DNA of 64,000 nt, taken from contig OZ219802.1 of the NCBI GenBank assembly GCA_964291655.2, positions 1-64,000 of the forward strand, read 5' to 3'. The position numbers were made by a program, and so were the translations under genes. This stretch comes from Chloroflexota bacterium (GTDB taxonomy: Bacteria > Chloroflexota > UBA11872 > VXOZ01). The notes under the pieces are model-generated. The model had not been told where the DNA came from, searched no databases, and was given only the letters and a program-made list of their open reading frames with translations. Below are positions 60,045 through 64,000 of the stretch, piece after piece (the stretch's first letter is position 1; each line of letters opens with the position of its first letter).

Positions 60045-61055
60045 CTACCGAAAACTGACCAGGCTGCGCTTTAGCGTGTCAAAGTACTGCATTGCAACCC
60101 CGGTACCCAGTGCGACACTGATGAGGGGAGTGTCGGCAAGATAGCACGCAATGCCGGTTTCCTGCGTGAGGAGCCCGTCTAGATTGCGAAGCAGGGAACC
60201 GCCGCCTGTCATCACAATGCCTCGATCGATAATGTCTGAAGCAAGTTCCGGCGGTGTCTTTTCCAAGACGTCACGCGCGCACTTAACGATTATGCAGATG
60301 GTCTCCTGAATCGCTTCAGTTATCTCATCGGATGTGATGGTTATGGTTCTTGGCAGGCCCGCTACCTGATCTCTGCCGCGCACTTCAAGTGAAATCGGCT
60401 GGTCCAAGGGAAGTGCACTGCCTACGGCAATCTTTACCTCTTCAGCGGTGCCTTCACCGATCAAGAGGTTATAGTGTCTCTTGACATAATTGAGGATTGT
60501 CGAGTCGATGCGCCGTCCGCCCACGCGTACCGATTGGCAAACTACAATCGCGTTGAGTGAGAGAACGGCTACTTCAGTAGTGCCACCGCCTATGTTGATT
60601 ACCATGCTGCCGCTGGCGGAGGATATGGGCACATTGGCGCCGAGCGCCGCGGCAAGCGGCTCCTCGATCAGATAGGCATTGCCGGCGCCGGCCGAGACGA
60701 CTGCATCATGCACGGCGCGCCGCTCGACGCTGGTAATTCCGGTTGGCACAGAGACCATCACGTCTGGCTTGAAGAAGCGTACACGACCGCAGACCCGCCG
60801 AATGAGATGGCGTATCATCTCTTGGGTCACCACGTAATCAGCGATCACACCATCGCGCATCGGTCGGACAACGGCAATATTACTCGGCGCCCTACCAATC
60901 ATTTGGCGCGCCTCGTCGCCAATAGTCTCTACGCGATTGTCATCCGTGGATACGGCAACGACTGAAGGGCCATTAATGGTGATGCCCCGTCCCGGTACGT
61001 ATACCAGCACGTTGGCGGTTCCCAGATCGATGCCGATTTGCTGTGCACCAAACAT
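60045..61055 (-). CDS. Second MreB-family protein (Mbl-like)
   Basis: GIDLGTAN, PMRDGVIAD, IEEPLAAA, IGGGTTE, MTGGG; downstream of murA. Confidence 0.93.
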   Translation of the reverse strand: MFGAQQIGIDLGTANVLVYVPGRGITINGPSVVAVSTDDNRVETIGDEARQMIGRAPSNIAVVRPMRDGVIADYVVTQEMIRHLIRRVCGRVRFFKPDVMVSVPTGITSVERRAVHDAVVSAGAGNAYLIEEPLAAALGANVPISSASGSMVINIGGGTTEVAVLSLNAIVVCQSVRVGGRRIDSTILNYVKRHYNLLIGEGTAEEVKIAVGSALPLDQPISLEVRGRDQVAGLPRTITITSDEITEAIQETICIIVKCARDVLEKTPPELASDIIDRGIVMTGGGSLLRNLDGLLTQETGIACYLADTPLISVALGTGVAMQYFDTLKRSLVSFR

Positions 61056-61063
61056 CTAGCTTG

Positions 61064-62344
61064 CTATTCCATTGCGACGTGCGCGCCGAGAGCTATCAAA
61101 TTCTCCGGCAGAGACTCATACCCCCGAAACACGTGATGCATGTCCGTCACGCGTGTTGTGCCCTCAGCAGCAAGGGCCGCAAGCAAGAGGGCGACACCTG
61201 AACGGATATCGAGTGCGCGCACCGAGGCTGCCTGCAAGGGTGTGGGCCCGTGAATGTATGCTTTCTCGCCGGATACCCGAATGTCGGCTCCCATCTTGCG
61301 CAACTCTTCCACGTAGTTAAAGCGTGCCTCAAATACGCGCTCGTGAATTACGCTCTCCCCGGTTGCTTGCGTAAGCAAGGCACAAATCTGTGGCTGTAAG
61401 TCTGTGGGAAAGCCGGGAAAGTGAATTGCCTGCACTTCCACGGCTCGCAGAGGGTAGCTCGCCGACACCCTAATGGGATCAAGCGTTCCCTGTATGGTAA
61501 CACCGCATTGGGAAAGTTTGTAGAGCAGGGGTTCCATATGATCGTAATTCGTGTTGTGAATAGTCACGTCACCACCGGTGATAGCGCTGGCGAACGCAAA
61601 TGTCCCTGCCTCATGTCTGTCCGGTATCACGTCCCATTCCGCGCCGTGGAGACTCTCTACTCCCTCAACCTCTATCGTATTGGTGCCTGCGCCGTGGACG
61701 CGCGCTCCCATTTGATTGAGGCAATCGGCGAGTGCCACCACCTCCGGTTCTGAGGAGGCATGTCGAATCACGCTCGTACCCTTCGCCAATGCGGCGGCAA
61801 GCATGAGATTCTCAGTGCCGGTATGGCTGGGATAGTCCAGGTAGAGCCGAGCACCGCTAAGTCGGCTGGCGGACAGGCGATAGTCCTGGTCTTGGCTCTC
61901 CACTGAGGCGCCCATTGCCTCGAAGCCAAGCAAGTCCACGTTTACGGGCCGCTCTCCGATCTTGCAGCCGCCGGGATGCACGGAGGACACTTCACCGACA
62001 CGTGTCAACAGCGGTCCGGTCACCAGAAAAGAAGCGCGAAAACTCGTGGCTAATTCCGTGGGCGTGCGCGTCGATGAAATCGTCTCTGCAGTAATTGCAA
62101 TAGTCCGCTGATTCGCATCCAACTCCACGCGGGCGCCCAAGCTAGTGAGCAGATTGGCCATTGCCTCGATATCGCGAATGAAGGGTGGATTGTGCAGAAC
62201 GCACGTTTCATTCGTAAGCAAGGCTGCTGCCATGAGAGGCAACGCGCAGTTCTTCGAACCTCGGGCCCGCACCTCGCCGTACAAGCGATTTCCGCCAGAG
62301 ACGACGGCAGTATCGGCTTGTGTTCGTTGCTTCAGTGCTGTCAT
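61064..62344 (-). CDS. murA: UDP-N-acetylglucosamine 1-carboxyvinyltransferase
   Basis: G.KN, RAS, PGGCKIG.RP (active-site Cys), TEN, EPE, PDR.EAG, PGFPTDLQ, RGY. Confidence 0.96.
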   Translation of the reverse strand: MTALKQRTQADTAVVSGGNRLYGEVRARGSKNCALPLMAAALLTNETCVLHNPPFIRDIEAMANLLTSLGARVELDANQRTIAITAETISSTRTPTELATSFRASFLVTGPLLTRVGEVSSVHPGGCKIGERPVNVDLLGFEAMGASVESQDQDYRLSASRLSGARLYLDYPSHTGTENLMLAAALAKGTSVIRHASSEPEVVALADCLNQMGARVHGAGTNTIEVEGVESLHGAEWDVIPDRHEAGTFAFASAITGGDVTIHNTNYDHMEPLLYKLSQCGVTIQGTLDPIRVSASYPLRAVEVQAIHFPGFPTDLQPQICALLTQATGESVIHERVFEARFNYVEELRKMGADIRVSGEKAYIHGPTPLQAASVRALDIRSGVALLLAALAAEGTTRVTDMHHVFRGYESLPENLIALGAHVAME

Positions 62345-62530
62345 TCAGGGCTGCTCCTGAGGAAGACCACACGCACCAAGAACCGTTTAGCAGCTAAGGG
62401 CCGCCGGTAGGAAAGCGACAGGAATGCGATCAGAATGAAAAGTAGGAAGTCTGCGAAGACCGGCCGAACCGTCGTTCAAACTGCTGCGAGAATACGTCGC
62501 GATACCGCTTCCGAATTTCCTCTGCAGTGT

Positions 62531-62965
62531 TCATCGCGTCTGAGAAGAGCCGCGCCTGCGTCCCGCTCGTTGCGCTATACGCAAACGAATTAGCGCACGC
62601 CGCATGGCTGCCTCAGCGGCTGCGAGTTCCGCACCTTCACGCTTTTCGCTGAGGGCTTCTTCGGCGCGCCGACGCGCCTCTTCTGCACGTTCGACATCAA
62701 TCTCTTCGGCACGTTCAGAGGCATCTGCCAGGACAGCTACCTGATTGTCCCGTACTTCCAAGAATCCTCCCGTTACAAAGAAGGATTCTTCCTCCTCACC
62801 CTTGCGCATTATGAGTTCACCAGGGGCCAACGCAGTCATAAGCGGCGCGTGGCGCGGCAAGATTCCTACCATGCCTTCCGATGCCGGAGCCCGCACGGAA
62901 GCAACTGCCTCCGCCGTGAGAACTACACGCTCGGCGGTTATGATCTCAATGCGAAGCGATGCCAT
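62531..62965 (-). CDS. atpC: ATP synthase F1 epsilon subunit
   Basis: G.VGILP.HAP, GGFLEV, EEID..RA..A. Confidence 0.96.
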   Translation of the reverse strand: MASLRIEIITAERVVLTAEAVASVRAPASEGMVGILPRHAPLMTALAPGELIMRKGEEEESFFVTGGFLEVRDNQVAVLADASERAEEIDVERAEEARRRAEEALSEKREGAELAAAEAAMRRALIRLRIAQRAGRRRGSSQTR

Positions 62966-62967
62966 GA

Positions 62968-64000
<1,033 letters not shown>

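Noticed and set aside
62341-62475. Hydrophobic open frame between atpC and murA whose stop overlaps the murA ATG
   Set aside because: No ATG/GTG/TTG precedes the hydrophobic stretch; it may be chance or a remnant and cannot be supported as a CDS.

Overview
Mostly core chromosome of a bacterium, probably Chloroflexota (inferred from gene repertoire and order, not from a marker-gene search). It starts with an alternative-complex-III-like respiratory operon (pentaheme ActA, split ActB1/ActB2, partial ActC-like). It also holds a complete elongasome operon (mreBCD-mrdA-rodA), gltX, a tig-rsgA-gmk-priA-def-fmt run, archease-rtcB, yebC-ruvCAB, atpD-atpC-murA-second mreB, and two tRNAs (Ser-GGA, Gly-GCC). 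Scattered catabolic genes include a sulfatase, amidohydrolases, a nitrilase-family enzyme, Gfo/Idh/MocA oxidoreductases, a CehA/McbA hydrolase and PLP aldolases. No transposase, integrase, prophage, CRISPR or rRNA was seen. Best leads: (1) a truncated nitrile-hydratase-alpha-like metalloprotein (CTPCSCY) with no beta subunit, heading a catabolic run; (2) an orphan GlmL/MutL-like ASKHA protein coupled to a barrel-sandwich-like partner with no B12 mutase nearby; (3) a PriA that has lost its ATPase motifs; (4) an ActC-position subunit apparently lacking the quinol-site His; (5) an active/pseudo amidohydrolase pair; (6) a triple lamin-tail-domain secreted protein. All family calls come from motif recognition by eye; no database searches were run.
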